Part shown: in pieces, positions 36,779 through 50,851 of the stretch
Layout of the letters: every line of letters starts with the position of its first letter
Position numbering within the stretch: the first letter of the stretch is position 1
Assembly (NCBI GenBank): GCA_020891255.1
Contig: BQFW01000005.1
Location: forward strand, 372,001-436,000
Reading direction: 5' to 3'
From: Entomortierella parvispora E1425
Lineage: Eukaryota; Fungi; Mortierellomycota
Length of the DNA stretch: 64,000 nt
Position numbers and translations under genes: made by a program
The notes under the pieces: generated by a model
Database searches by the model: none
The model's input: only the letters and a program-made list of their open reading frames with translations
Told to the model about the DNA's origin: nothing

Positions 36779-39700
36779 ATGGCCTTGCTGGAACAGCTTA
36801 AGAACTTCATCCGCCATGGAAAGAGTGGCAAGGATATGAAACCACGGGACTCTGGTTCATCCTCCTGCGTCTCTTCAAAGTCAAAGTCCCGAACAGGATC
36901 AAGAAACGTCTCACCCTCCAGACATGCTGGCGAACACCAGCACTCGACCTCGGCCTCCTCCTCGTCTGCTGCTCTGAACCAACAGGCTGTCACCGCCGCA
37001 GCCAACTTCAACAACAACAGCACCAACACCGAGGCAGCCTCAAGGATCGTAGCCGAAGAAAAACAGCAAAAGAGCAAGATGCCAAAGTACCCTGGACTCG
37101 AGCGTTATTCGCTTGTCGAGAAAATGGGCGAGTAAGTGCACAGACAATTTCTCCTTCTCCCCCTCCTCCTTGATATCTTATCACTTTTTTTTGATCTTGG
37201 GAACAAACTTTTACTTCTGGGCAGGTGGAGGCGGTGGCGCTGTCCGAGGCCTGGGCTGTAGAGTCGAAAGATATTTTGCTCCCAAGCGTTGGGGGGCCAA
37301 TGGGCAAGGTGTTTTTTTTTCTTTTCTCTCTTTGGTCATTCGTTCCTGACTTGTGGCACCGACCACAGGAGCCCATAGCAAAGAGACGCAGCCAAGGGGC
37401 GATGGTTGCAGGAATTGTTGACGGCAGAAAGATGCCAGGACGGTCAGCGAACCATTGGCATCTAATTCAGTTTTTGGTGAAATGACGACTATGATATCAT
37501 CGCTTCTTTTCTTTTTTTTTTTTATTATCGGCATCATCGATTTTAAAGGTTTATTCTGCGTCGGGCGGGAAATTTCCTTTTTACGAGACAAACAAGAGCG
37601 AGCGGTCGGTGTGAGCGTGTGCTGGAAAAGCCAACAGAAGCGGGGTCTGGCGACTCCACAGGGGTAAAACCGGGGCGCAGGACAGCCCAGCCCAGCCAAG
37701 ACGACGCAGGAAGAAGGATGGAGCGGATCGATGACCGTTTTCTGAAACCATGGAGGATTTGGATCGCCCAGAGTTTAATAATGACTCTGGAACCTGCTCC
37801 TCTGGCGGGGTCTTGTTTTCCCTGTGTATTCCCTCGGCTACAATGCAAGAGCTGGCAGATTCTAACCTCGACTTTTTTTTTTTAACTTTTTTCGTCTAAT
37901 AGTGGTGCCTTCAGCAATGTCTACAAGGCGTACGATACCAAAATGGACCGTATGGTTGCCGTCAAGGTTGTTCGCAAGTTTGAACTCAATGCTCACCAGG
38001 TATTTCCTATTTGCTTTCTACCCCTGCCCTACGTCGTTGTTAACATGGAAAGAAGGAGGAGAAAAGCGAAAGATTGTCGACCCTTTGTTTTCGTTTCTTT
38101 TGCACACCTGAGCTCTTTGTGGATTGAGTCTGGATCGGTCGATCAAAAGGATGGACAAGAGGACATAGGGGACAAGAGGACAAAGGGGACAAGTGGACAG
38201 AAGAGAGAAGACGGATACAACGCACGACAACCGAATTGCAACGCTTTCATACTCACATTCTTGTGCCATGTTTTGGTGCTTCACCCTGCTCGTCCTGATT
38301 TCTTTGTCTACAGAATAAGCATCTCCACCGCGACATGAAAAAGAAGCCTCGCGTCACTGAGGTCAGCATCCTTTAAGCTTTACATCCACTTTCATTTCTA
38401 CCCGTGTGCCTCCTCTCCCCTTACCCCCTCACCCCCTTCACCTCGGCCAGTCAGCCAACAAACGTCTAACCGTGATGCTTGTTGCGTCTTTTCAATTATA
38501 GCGAGCAAATATTCTCAAGGAGGTTCAGATCATGCGCCAGTTGAAACACTCAGGAATCGTCGAGCTGTATGAGTTTTCAGAGTCGAACGAGCACTACTTC
38601 TTGGTCTTGGAGCTGGCGCCAGGAGGAGAGTTGTTCCACCGCATTGTCAAATTGACCTACTTTTCCGAGGAGCTGACTCGTCACGTCATCGTCCAGGTCG
38701 CACAGGCTGTTCGATATCTGCATGAGGAGAAGGGCGTTATCCATCGCGACATCAAGCCCGAAAACATTCTCTTTGAGCCCATCCCTATCATCCCCTCCCC
38801 TCCAGGCGCAAAACCGGATGAGGATGACAAGGAGGATGAGGGTGTCTTCCAGGCCGGTGTCGGAGGAGGTGGAATTGGGCGTGTCAAGATTGCAGACTTT
38901 GGATTGTCTAAGGTTGTTTGGAATGAGCATACGATGACCCCTTGCGGCACTGTTGGATACACTGCTCCAGAGATTGTCAAGGACGAACGCTACTCAAAAT
39001 CTGTTGATATGTGGGCCATGGGCTGTGTTTTGTACACGCTCCTCTGTGGATTTCCCCCATTTTACGATGAGAGCATCCAGGCTCTGACTGAGAAGGTTGC
39101 TCGCGGCCAGTACTCGTTCTTGAGCCCCTGGTGGGACGAAATCTCTTCTCAAGGTATGTGGACTAAAAATGTTTGTAGATCAACGGCGGATTTGATACCC
39201 TTCCACAACCAAACTAATAGCTGAGCTGTTCTCATCCTGCATTAGCCAAGGACCTTATCACACATTTGCTCTGCGTCAATCCCGATGAGCGTTATACCAT
39301 TGACCAGTTCTTGGCTCACCCCTGGATCAAGGCGGGCGAGATGGTCGAGGAAGTCAAGGAACCCGTCACCGAATACATTCCCGAAATCTCGGTCGATTCT
39401 CCAACAGCTGCTCCAGAAAACAAGATTCTTTCGAACGTCGCTGCAATGACACCCAACTATGGCGCACCAAAGACCCCATATAAGCGCAGGGCTGAGAACC
39501 CACTTTCACCCGGAATTGGTCTCAAGGAGGTCTTTGATGTGTCGAATGCTGTCCACCGTATGGAAGAAGAGTCGACTCGCCGCCGCCATGCCGTGCAGTC
39601 TGCCGGACTTCACCCTGTCGATGCCTTGAACACTTCTACCCGTCAGCGTCAAGCCTTTATGTCACAGTTGAACGAGGAAGACGAGATGGACGAGGAGGAA

Positions 39701-40252
39701 GAGGGTTCAGTCTCGGATGGAACTGGATCGATGCTCAGCGATGATGAGGCTGTTGTTGCTGGACTGAGCGATGTTCACATCAGCATTGCCCACGCCCAGG
39801 AGGAGACGACCGTTAAGGATTCGGAGGCTGAGCAAAAAGCTCAAGAGATGAGGATTCTTCTCCAACAACAACAGCATGAGTACCAAAAGGCTCAGGAGTT
39901 GATTGCAGCAGAGCATCACCAGAAGTACCTGGCACAACAACAGGAGGCTGGACACACGATACCCGTCCAGCACTCCTTGCCTGTCAGCACAAGCTCCACT
40001 TCGACCGTGCGCAGCAACCAGGTGGGACCCTCGAAATCTGGACATACAATCAGCAGTTCGACTTCTGCGTCGACTGTGGCATCCACTTCTACCACATCCA
40101 CCTCTCGTCGTCGCCGTGGCGGCTTTGAGTTGAACATGAACCAGGCTACTCTCTTGAACCGACGTGCCAAGAACCACCCACTGGCGGCTGGCCAGACCGT
40201 TGAGGAGCAAGACAAGGCCGCGAGACATGATGCTCCAGTGATGGCAGTCTAA
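36779..40252 (+). CDS. CAMK-group Ser/Thr kinase, MAPK-activated Srk1/Rck2-like, multi-exon
   Basis: MALLEQLKNFIRHGK N-terminus, KMGD|GAFSNVYKA, VAVKVVRK, HRDIKPENILF, acidic insert DEGVF..GVGGGGIG, KIADFGLSK, TPCGTVGYTAPE and SPG..LKEVFDVSNAVHRMEEE. Confidence 0.9.
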
Positions 40253-40359
40253 GGAGCTAATATCGCAGCCATCCCTGCCAAGTGCCTCCATCCTTTCAAC
40301 AATAACCAACTCACCCATGTACCATTAGCCTCTTGTAATTATTAAAACAGTTAATAAAA

Positions 40360-40393
<34 letters not shown>

Positions 40394-40812
40394 CTCAAGG
40401 AGAGTGGGAAAAAATGACAATGCGTTCTAGAGCATGGTAAAAGCTTGATGACGGGTCGAAAGCGGATCTGTTATTCAAAACGGCTCTTTTCTACAGCTTC
40501 CTGCAGGCGTTCTTCTGGAAAAGGAGGATCCGAGTTATCCGAACAGGCTGTGGCCCAATTACACAGTCCAAGATGGGCGGGGGAAGCAATTGAGGATCGG
40601 GTCGAGTGGCGCGAAATGTGGAGAGTCCGTGTGCTCATTGGACGGAGTGACAGCTTGCGGGGCTTAGTATGGCATGTGCTCAGAGCAGGCGATGACACAA
40701 AGGGAAGATACAAAAAGAAACGCAAGAACCCCTCCTTTCTCTCTCTTTTCTCTTCTACTCCACACTTTTCTTCTCTCCCTCTCCACTCTCTCCTCTCCTT
40801 TCTTCTGTGTCC

Positions 40813-42996
40813 ATGACCCTCACTGTCATTCTCCAGCAGGCCCGCCGTGGCGCTGCCAAGGTAATATTCCATTCTGTGTGACCCCGCGTGCATTAGGTGC
40901 CTGGAAAATTTTCTTCCCACGCAAACACACACAAAAAAAAAAGAGAGCTGCGCGAACAGAGGGCCCTGAAGAAGAAGCAACAAGGCGAAAGGGAACTTTA
41001 GTTCTTTCTGGAGAACCTCCCCTTCTCCTCTACCTCCACTCTTTTCGGAATAGCTCTTTCTGGACTTTAAAAAAAAACCATAATCCCTGACGGGATCATA
41101 AAATCTGAAGGTTCCGCTCCATGTGATAATCGTTTTGTCTCTGGCTTTCTCACACGTTGTTTTTCACCCCACATAGCAAGTGACCATCGCCACTTTTACC
41201 ACCACGTTTGGCCGCAACCACTTTTCGACTTTTCGCCCTTCCTTCAAGGATGCCTCGGATGAGGACGGACAGGTCGAGAACTTGAGCAAAGTCTATGGCT
41301 CCGCAGAGGAGGCTGTCAAGGACATTCCTTCTGGATCCACGTTGATGGTCGGCGGATTCGGTCTCTGCGGTATTCCTGAGAACTTGATCGCGGCCTTGAA
41401 GCAGCGTGCGGGCGATTGCAAGGACTTGACCGTCGTCTCCAACAATGCTGGCGTGGACGATTTCGGACTCGGACAGTTGTTGCGCACCAAGCAGGTAAGA
41501 CTCCGAATTTCGAAAGAGAGAAAGAGAGAGTGAGAGTGAGAGAGAAAAAAAAGGGAGAGACTCGTGCGTGGCCTTTGTTGTTTTTTATTGTTTCTTGGAA
41601 TCAAATCAACATCAAAAGAAGAGAGCACAGGAGATCCACGGAAGCACAAGCGGAACAGAAATGAGAGATGGATGAGGGGGTAGATCTGCCTAAAGTGAAT
41701 AGGAATAGAACAGGGTCAACTAATACGTTCTCCTCCGACCTTTTCATCTGGATGTAGATCAAGCGTATGATCAGCAGTTATGTGGGTGAGAACAAGGAGT
41801 TTGAGCGCCAATACCTTTCCGGAGAACTGGAGGTCGAATTGACCCCTCAGGGCACTTTGGCCGAGCGTGTCCGTGCCGGAGGTGCGGGCATCCCCGCTTT
41901 CTTCACCCCTACCGCCTACGGAACCGAAGTCCAGACGGGAGAGCTCGCCATCAAATACGACTCGAACGGCAAGGTCCTCATCAAGAGCAAGCCCCGTGAG
42001 GTGCGCGAGTTCAACGGACGCAAGTACATCATGGAGGAGGCCATCAACGGAGACTATTCCCTCGTCAAGGCCTGGAAGGGTGATGCTTACGGCAACTTGG
42101 TCTTCAAGGGCTCCGCCATGAACTTTAACCCCGTCATGGCCAAGGGATCCAAGAACACCATTGCTGAGGTCGAGGAGATCGTGCCCGTCGGCAGCTTGAA
42201 GCCTGAGGACATTCACTTGCCCGGTATCTTTGTCAAGCGTATCATTCAGGGCAAGTCCTATGAGAAGCGTATCGAGCGTTTGACCTTGACCCAGGATAAG
42301 CCCGTCGGTGTCGAGAAGGTTGTTGCGGATGAGAAGGATGAGGCTGCCAAGAGACGCGAGAAGATTGTGCGTCGTGCCGCCAAGGAGTTCAAGAACGGCA
42401 TGTACGTGAACTTGGGTATTGGTATGCCCATGTTGGCCTCCAACTACCTCAAGAAGGGCGTCAATGTCCATTTGCAGTCTGAGAACGGTATCTTGGGCTT
42501 TGGACCCTTCCCCAAGCCCGGTGAGCAGGACCCCGATCTGATCAACGCTGGCAAGGAGACCATCACATTGTTGCCCGGTGCCTCCTTGTTCTCCAGTGAC
42601 GAGTCTTTTGCCATGATTCGTGGATCCCACGTTGACTTGACCATCCTCGGTGCCTTGCAGGTCTCGGCCAAGGGTGATTTGGCCAACTGGATCATTCCCC
42701 GCAAGATGGTCAAGGGTATGGGAGGTGCCATGGACTTGGTCGCCTCGCCCGAGACCCGTGTCGTCGTGACGATGGAACATTTGGCCAAGGGAGGCAAGCA
42801 CAAGATTTTGGATGACTGCACCTTGCCCCTCACCGGTGTTGCCTGCGTGGACAGAATCATTACCGATCTTTGCGTCTTTGATGTCACAAAGGAGGGCTTG
42901 GTCTTGACAGAGTTGATGGAGGATGTCTCCTTGGACGATGTCAAGCGCGGTACTGGCGCCCAGTTCAAGGTCTCCCCCGATCTTATCCAGAACTAA
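40813..42996 (+). CDS. Mitochondrial succinyl-CoA:3-ketoacid CoA transferase (SCOT/OXCT1-like); exons 40813-40860, 41177-41494, 41758-42996
   Basis: Arg/Ser/Thr-rich presequence-like N-terminus, [50 protein letters not shown] (catalytic Glu) and GMGGAMDLV. Confidence 0.93.
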
Positions 42997-43192
42997 AAAA
43001 AAAAAAATCGATCGTTGCCTGAACTTCCTCGCTATTTTGCTTTGTTTTCGACCTCCCCATTCATTATTCCCTGTAGATATCCCCCTTGCATAAAAAATAT
43101 ATATATGTGCTTCATGTTGATTTCGGTTCATTTTTGGTGGAAAGGGAAGAGAAACGGCAAGGTGAAGATGGCTCGCGTTCATAATGAACGCC

Positions 43193-43224
<32 letters not shown>

Positions 43225-43363
43225 GTGCGCTGAGAGCGTCCACGCGGATCAAGACTTCCCTCTTGGTCCAGACAATGACTTTGATTGATATCTAAGATCC
43301 ATCGCGTTTCTTTATTTTGGTTTATACAAGGGTGTGGGGGTAAAAAAGCTTCAAAGATTCTCT

Positions 43364-45855
43364 TTAGCATTTGCAGCTCTTGTCGCCGGGACGAGGAGCG
43401 TTGACAAGAGGTGCAGCATACTTGTGCCAGTATGCTGGGGGGTCGAATGACTTCTGAGCTGCGTTGACAGTGCCAAAGTAGGCGGGGTAGATGTTTCCAT
43501 CGTACTTGCCAATGGGGGCCTTGATGACAAAGTCGGGGATGGCCCAAGCATCAACCAAGGGCACAGCATCTTTTCTCAAGTCCTTACACTGGTCCAGGAA
43601 CAACTGGCGGACGGCCTTGGCATGAGATCCTTCAAAGTATCCCTCCTCCAAGAAGAGATCCAAATGCTTTCTCAAAGCGAACGTGCTCATCAACTGTCCC
43701 ATCTTCTTGAGCATGAAGTAAGTGGGCTTGGACTTCTCACGATCAATACCGCGCTGGTAAAGGATCAAGAAGTATCTCCAGGCGTGCACGTCAGCCAAAC
43801 GAACCAACTCGGTCTGGTTAGCGTTCCAGGCCTCATCAAAGTTTGCCTTGCCGGCCTCGGCCAAGATGGCGGCAAGATCGGTGGCCTTCTTGGCGCAGGC
43901 CCAAGTCAAGGCATCAATCACAAACTCGTGGCTCAAAAGGTCGCGAGGATCCTGGAGCGTGGTCTTGCTGTTTGCGAGAATCTTCTTGTAGTCGTTGAAG
44001 TAACTGACGGAACCAACAACCTCCTGTCCCTCCTGAGCCCACTTCAATGTTGTGATTAGGTAACGAGCAGACTGCTGCATCAAGACGACGTTGTCTCCAC
44101 CACCAGTCGTTACCACACCGTAATCGCCAATCAAGCCAGCGATCGAGTTGTAGGCCGAGTAAGCATGTCCACCGCAGGCACGACGGCAGTCCTCCAAAAT
44201 CTCGGTCACATACCAAGCCAAAGCACCTTTGAAGCCGGCAGAGACACCGTGCTGATCGGGAATCTCACGCATGAAGGCACCAGCGTCTGTCTGGGCATAC
44301 TCCGCAACCTCGTCCCACTTGTCGAACAATTCGCGATCGACAATATTCAACATGTAAATAAAGGCGACACCTGGCATCAAGCTAGTGTAGTGAGTCTGGT
44401 AGTCCAAAATCTGCTCGTCATGGTTGCCCTGGCGACGGACAGCACCATAGCGGACGGCGATGGTCAAAGTCTGGGCCAAGACCACCTGTGAACCACCCAA
44501 GATTGTGAAACGCTCGGGAATCAAGGTGGCATAGGACAAGATTGGGTTGGGCGAAGGGGTAAACTCTCCTTCAGGGGACATGGAAGCCCACTTCATCAAC
44601 ATGTTCTCGCGAGGGATACGGACCGAGGTGAACTGGATCCAGCCATTGTCGAGACCCTGACGGGAGGACTTGTGTCCGATATCACCGCAAGTCACTCCGG
44701 GCAAGAGACGTCCAGTCTTGGGGTCACGGAGAGGGACAATGAACCAGTTGATACCGTGGCACTCGCCATCGATAACAGTCTGGCAAATAGCGACTAGATT
44801 TTGCAAAGAGCGCGAAGAGCAGGGATTAGATGATGTGGAGTGAGAACCAGGTGTGGAGGTTTAGAGTTGTCACTTTAACCCAAATGACCGCGATCTTTCC
44901 GAGTTGCTTTTTTTTGACAAGAGACGATGATGGCTCCATGGCTCCAGTTTTTGTTGATCCATCTGCTTACCAGTGTGAGTGGCGGTTTCTCCTGACATGC
45001 CGATCCACCACTTGGTGGCGGTCAAAGTAGGCGAGTGGATCACAAACTCGTTGGTGGCGCGATCATAGGTCGAGGTCGTCTCCAATCCACGCAAGTTGGA
45101 AGAATGTCCCAACTCGGTCTATTTTGGACATGTAAGAGGCAGAAGACGTTGTCAGTAACCAAAAGTAGCACCCACCCACAAGCTTGAAGATAGGCTACAG
45201 TGCCCCATCCATAAACCAACATACCATAGCGAAGCATCCGATGACTCTCCAGTTCTCAATGTCGTCCATCCACTTGTCCTGTTGCTCCGAGGTACCAAAG
45301 AGCATGAGGGCTTGCTTGAAGAGCATGTCGTGGACGTACATACGCATCGAGTACGACTCGGAGTAGAAAGCCATGGCCATGAAGAGAGCCTGTCGAAGAC
45401 GAGGATCCTTAATGGTCTTCTTAAGCTCAATCGTACGTGCAATCTGACGCATGGTCTGCTCGCGGTCCTCAGCTCTGGTCAAGTCGTAGTGGTGACCCTC
45501 ACGCATGCGGAGATCGGGGTCGCGCTGGATCATTTGGTAGGCAAGAGACTATACGTTTTTCCGATCATGAAAAGACCGCTGTGTTAGTGCAGATGTCATG
45601 TGCGACCATAGTATTCACTTATTCACTGGCATGCAAAAGTAGTTGTACCAAGGCAGCGACGTTCTCCTTGCCGCGGAGGATGACCTCAGTCATGTCCTCG
45701 ACCTTGAAGGAGGCGTTGGCACGCTCACGAGCCAAATCGGCGGGTCCAGTAGGCTGGTCGTTGTGGATGGCGTGGCGCTGGAAGCATGGCTGGATCGAGA
45801 GGTGTCCCTGGACAGCGGAGAGACGGGCCTTTGCCGAAGAGGATGCAGGCTCCAT
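43364..45855 (-). CDS. Peroxisomal acyl-CoA oxidase (copy 2) with N-terminal PTS2
   Basis: IGCFAM|[68 protein letters not shown] and [10 protein letters not shown]. Confidence 0.94.
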
Positions 45856-47058
45856 TATGAGAATTGATTATGAGCAGAAGAGAAATGAGACAAAAAAAAG
45901 GAATGGACTCGAGGATGAATGGAGAACAGAAACAAACAAGAGAATGGGCCATGCGTGAAGGCAACCCTTTTATTGTCGCAGCCTCCATCACCCTCTCCCA
46001 ACCCCACAACCGACTGGCACCTTAAGGCACAAGCATATGCTCACGACTTCGTCCTTCTCCACGCATGGCTCTCTCGTGCAACAGACGTGAGAGTGCATCT
46101 GTGCCTGCTGCGTCCAATCTGTCACTCCCTTCCGAGAAGTGTCACTTTGGCGCGGCTCACGACCAGGCGCCCCTTGCCGAAAGAACAAATGTAGGGCCGG
46201 AATTCAGACCTTCTCGCTCCCCTGGCCTGTTGAGCAAGCGCCATGTTTCCCCGCCTGCCTAGGGCTTGTCTCCCTATAGTAAAAAACCTTCGCTCCGATG
46301 CTCCAACGCGACCTGCAGCCCCGTCTACGTTGCCCCACGCACTTCAGAACGATCTTGTGCCCATTAACTAATCTTCTCTGACTTTCTAGGACCCCGTGCT
46401 TGTTGTCCCCTTACCCCAGCAGATCTCTTTGTCAGATCTAATGTGCCATCGGTACATGACAAATGGCGATCCTCCTGCAAAGATACCGCCTATGGACAGA
46501 CCCACACAGGCGAAAAAAGCTAGCCGAGGTACCACTTACAGATGGACAGATATACACAAACAACACAGGCATGAGCCGAGGCGATCTTCTTAACTATCAA
46601 TGACCAGTGCCCCTTCTCTTTGACCCTCTCTGAGCTCATGGTAGAGACTAGTCGAGTGATTACACACGGACCAGGAGGCCGTCTACCATGTCGATCGCGC
46701 CGACTATCTGTCGGGGCATGGCTCCGCTCACGCCGACGCATCAATTGGTGGCGCATGTGGATTTTAAGGGTTTACCCTGTGTTCCACTCCCACGGCACGA
46801 GCGCTGGTTGGGCATCAAAAAGTGATCGGGCTTGGATGGGTTTTTTTTTCATTGCGTTCTTTGCTCCCTTTCTTGAACCCCGAGACGATCTCCGGGCACC
46901 ACTGCAGTACCACCCGTTCCCTCTTCTCTAAATACCCACTCCACTTTTCAAACTCCCATCTTTTCTTTTCCTCTTCTCCTTATTTCACTCTCCCTTTCCT
47001 TTCTCGCCATACACATTTTACAGTCACTTCACTCTCGATCGAAAAGATACCCCACACC

Positions 47059-47231
47059 ATGTCGTCCATGCACAGTTCTTCCCTTTTTGACGTTAAAGGC
47101 AAGGTTGTTCTTGTTACTGGAGGTAGCAGAGGGTATGTGAATTCGATCTCGTGTTTTTGATCTCGCATTTTCCTAAAGACCGAACCATTGAGCTGATCGA
47201 CGATTTTTCTCCACAAAAACTTTTCTTTTCA

Positions 47232-47266
<35 letters not shown>

Positions 47267-47989
47267 ATCGGTTTGATGATCGCCCACGGCTTCGTTGCCA
47301 ACGGTGCCAAGGTTTACATCTCCTCCCGATCTGCCGGCGTTTGTGACAAGGTGGCAGCCGAGCTTTCCAAGATGGGCCCCGGTCAATGCATCTCCATCCC
47401 CGCAGATTTGCAGTCTCTGGCTGAGGTCCAACGTCTTGTGGCCGAGATCTCCAAGCATGAATCCTTGGTCCATGTCTTGGTCAACAACGCCGGCGCCACT
47501 TGGGGCGAATCGATCAAAACCTACCCCGATCAAGCATTTGAAAAGGTCATGAACTTGAACTTGAAACGAGTCTTTTCTCTGACCCAGGCCATGTTGCCCC
47601 TTTTGCAAAAGGCCGGTACGAAGGAGAAGCCTGCGTCAATCATCAACATTGGATCGGTCGACGGCATTCATATTCCTACCCAGGAGACCTATGCGTACTC
47701 GGCCTCCAAGGCCGCTTTGCATCAAATGACAAGAGTGATGGCGGGCCACCTGGGAGAGAAGCACATCACTTGCAACGCCATCGCGCCTGGACCCTTCGAG
47801 TCCAAGATGATGGCGGCCACGTTGAAAAATTTCGGAGAGCAGATCGTGTCAAACGTGCCATTGGGAAGGATCGGTCAACCTGAGGATGTCGCTGCCACTT
47901 GTATTTATCTGGCCTCGAGAGCTGGTGCTTATACCACCGGTGCCATTATCCCTGTTGATGGCGGCACCTTGGTCAAGGCCAAGCACTGA
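47059..47989 (+). CDS. Classical short-chain dehydrogenase/reductase (RhlG/FabG-like); intron about 47133-47265
   Basis: VLVTGGSRG|IG Rossmann motif, VNNAG, INIGS, catalytic YSASK and GRIGQPEDVA. Confidence 0.9.
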
Positions 47990-48288
47990 AAAAAGAGATT
48001 GGGAAAGTTGCTCTGATCTTGGCTTGAAAATAATAAATGAAAAACACACCGATCGCCAAATTAAGATTACCGATGAAGTTGTGTTTGCTACTACAGAATC
48101 GAGTGGAGACAAGAGTCGATGATCTGTACTCCTCGATCTCCTTCGTTTTCCATCATGTATCATGCATTGAAGAGGTTTCGCGTTTTTACGGTTTTTTATT
48201 TTTTTTACTGTACAGCTGAAGCGAAGAAAATGTAGATTATTATTGTTTATGACGGGAAACAACAAAGGGCCAATTCACGGGGGCTGAT

Positions 48289-50676
48289 TTACAGCTCGTC
48301 GTGGTTGGGCATGTCCTCAGTGGGGGCAGAGCCAGAGTTACCGGCGGAGCCATAGAGCTTGGAGGTGATGGGGTTAACAATAGCCTCAATCTCCTCCTTC
48401 TTCTCATCGAGCTCCTCCTTGGAGGCGGTGGCGCCCTCAGACTCGAGCCAGGAAACCTTCTTGGCAACCTCGTCCAAGATGGTCTTCTTGTCCTCAGCGT
48501 CAATCTTGGATCCCAACTGGGCGTCGTCGTTGACCTGGTTCTTGATGGCGTAAAGGTAGTTCTCAAGAGTGTTCTTGGACTCGATACGCTCCTTGATGAC
48601 CTGATCCTCGTTGGCGAACTGCTCAGCCTCCTTGATCATGCGCTCAATCTCATCCTCGGAAAGACGGCCCTTGTCGTTGGTGATGGTGATGGTCTCAGTC
48701 TTGCCAGTGCCCTTGTCGGAGGCAGAGACACGCAAGATACCGTTGGCATCAATCTCGAAGGTAACCTCAATCTGGGGAACACCGCGGGGGGCTGGGGGGA
48801 TGTTGGTCAACTCGAACTTTCCGAGCTGGTTGTTATCCTTGGTCATGGCACGCTCTCCCTCGAAGACCTGGATCAAGACAGTCTGCTGGTTGTCAACGGC
48901 GGTCGAGAAGATCTGGGACTTCTTGGTGGGGATACCAGTGTTACGGCCAATGAGCTTGGTCATGACACCTCCGGTGGTCTCAATTCCGAGAGTCAAGGGG
49001 TTGACATCCAAAAGAAGAATGTCAGAGGCCTCAGACTCACCAGCGAGAACACCACCCTGGACAGCGGCACCATAGGCAACAGCCTCATCGGGGTTGATAC
49101 CCTTGGAAGCCTTCTTGCCACCAAAGAACTCCTCAATCAAAGTGATGACCTTGGGGATACGGGTGGAACCACCGACGAGAACAATGTCCTGGATATCACC
49201 CTTGGCGAGACCGGCATCCTTGAGAACCTGCTCGACGGGCTTGATGGTCTTCTTGAAGAGATCCATGTTGAGCTCCTCGAACTTGGCGCGGGACAAAGAC
49301 TCGGAGAAATCGTTACCGTTGTGGAAAGAATCAATCTCAATGCGGACAGACATCTGGGAAGAAAGAGTACGCTTGGCCTTCTCAACCTCACGCTTGAGCT
49401 TGCCCATGGTCTTGAGGTCAGTGGTGATGTCCTCGTTGTTCTTCTTCTTGTAAAGCTTGACAAAGTGCTCAATGACGCGCTGATCGAAATCCTCTCCTCC
49501 CAAGTGGGTATCACCGGAAGTGGCCAAGACCTCAAAGACACCATCATCAATGGAGAGGAGGGAGACATCGAAGGTACCACCACCGAGATCGTAGACGAGA
49601 ATGGTGCGCTCGCCTCCCTTCTTGTCCAAACCATAGGCGATAGCGGCAGCGGTGGGCTCGTTAACAATACGCAAGACGTTCAAACCGGCAATGGCACCGG
49701 CATCCTTGGTAGCCTGACGCTGGGCGTCGTTGAAGTAGGCGGGAACGGTGACGACGGCGTGGGTAACCTTCTTGTCAAGGTAAGCCTCGGCAATCTCCTT
49801 CATCTTCTGGAGGATCATGGCGGAAATCTCCTCGGGGGTGAAGGTCTTGGCCTCACCCTTGACCTCAACCTGGATGATGGGGGCACCGGACTTGGACTTG
49901 ACCTTGAAGGGGAAGTGCTTGATATCGTTCTGGACATCCTTCTCGTCGAAACGACGACCGATAAGACGCTTGGCATCGAAGATGGTGTTGGTGGGGTTGG
50001 CGGCGTACTGGTTCTTGGCGGCATCTCCAACGAGACGCTCATCCTCGGTAAAGGCGACATAGGAAGGAGTGATACGGTGACCCTGATCGTTGGCGATGAT
50101 TTCAACACGTCCGTTCTTGTAGACACCGACGCAAGAGTAGGTGGTTCCAAGATCTATGAAGGAGCGAACCAACAAGGGCGATTAGCTCATCTGGGTCGGT
50201 TTTCATCTGTTTTGTGATCCTGCCCTGTGGTATCTTGGTGGATCCTGGAATGTGTCAACGGTCTAGATGATCGTCCCCCTTGGACTGGCAAGAGACACAG
50301 ATCGGCCGACAACGCATACAACAGATCACTTTTCTGCCCTTGAGCTCCCGAGTATGCAGTGCTGTTGCGATCCAGTACGATCCAGACAGGAGAGTGAGAT
50401 CAACTCCTTCTCGATCCAACGGTTTCCAGACTTTTTTTCTTGTTGGTATCGAACAAGCAATAGATCCATCGCCATAGATCCAGTCCTTGGTAGTGATCAA
50501 GTGCAAAGAACAACGAGACAACCCAAAGTAAGGGAGAGGAGACACTTACCGATACCGATCACGGTGCCGTAGGACTCGCGAGTCTCGTCAGCATCGGCCT
50601 TGACGGTCGTGAGAGCGACCAAGCAGACCAATGCCAGAGTGAAAAGAGCGAAGGCGCTCTTCATGAACTTTGACAT
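48289..50676 (-). CDS. KAR2: ER Hsp70 chaperone BiP; exons 50676-50550 and 50153-48289
   Basis: Signal peptide [29 protein letters not shown]|DLGTTYSCV, Hsp70 signatures and C-terminal HDEL. Confidence 0.97.
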
Positions 50677-50851
50677 GATGGAATGAGAGAGAGGAGGGGG
50701 GATGAGGGGGAGAGAGAGGGGGGGAGGAGAAGAGTGATGATGAAAAGAAGAAAAGAAAAAAAAGAGATGAGACGGACGGGGGCAATATATAATGTTTTGT
50801 TATCAGCTCTATTTTCGTGTGCTGTGTGCCTGTGCCAGAAGGGGACATTCT

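Noticed and set aside
47978-47989. SDR C-terminal AKH as PTS1, or readthrough to a PTS1
   Set aside because: AKH is not a canonical PTS1, the stop context (TGA AAA) is not the TGA-CTA readthrough motif, and no downstream in-frame PTS1 was seen.
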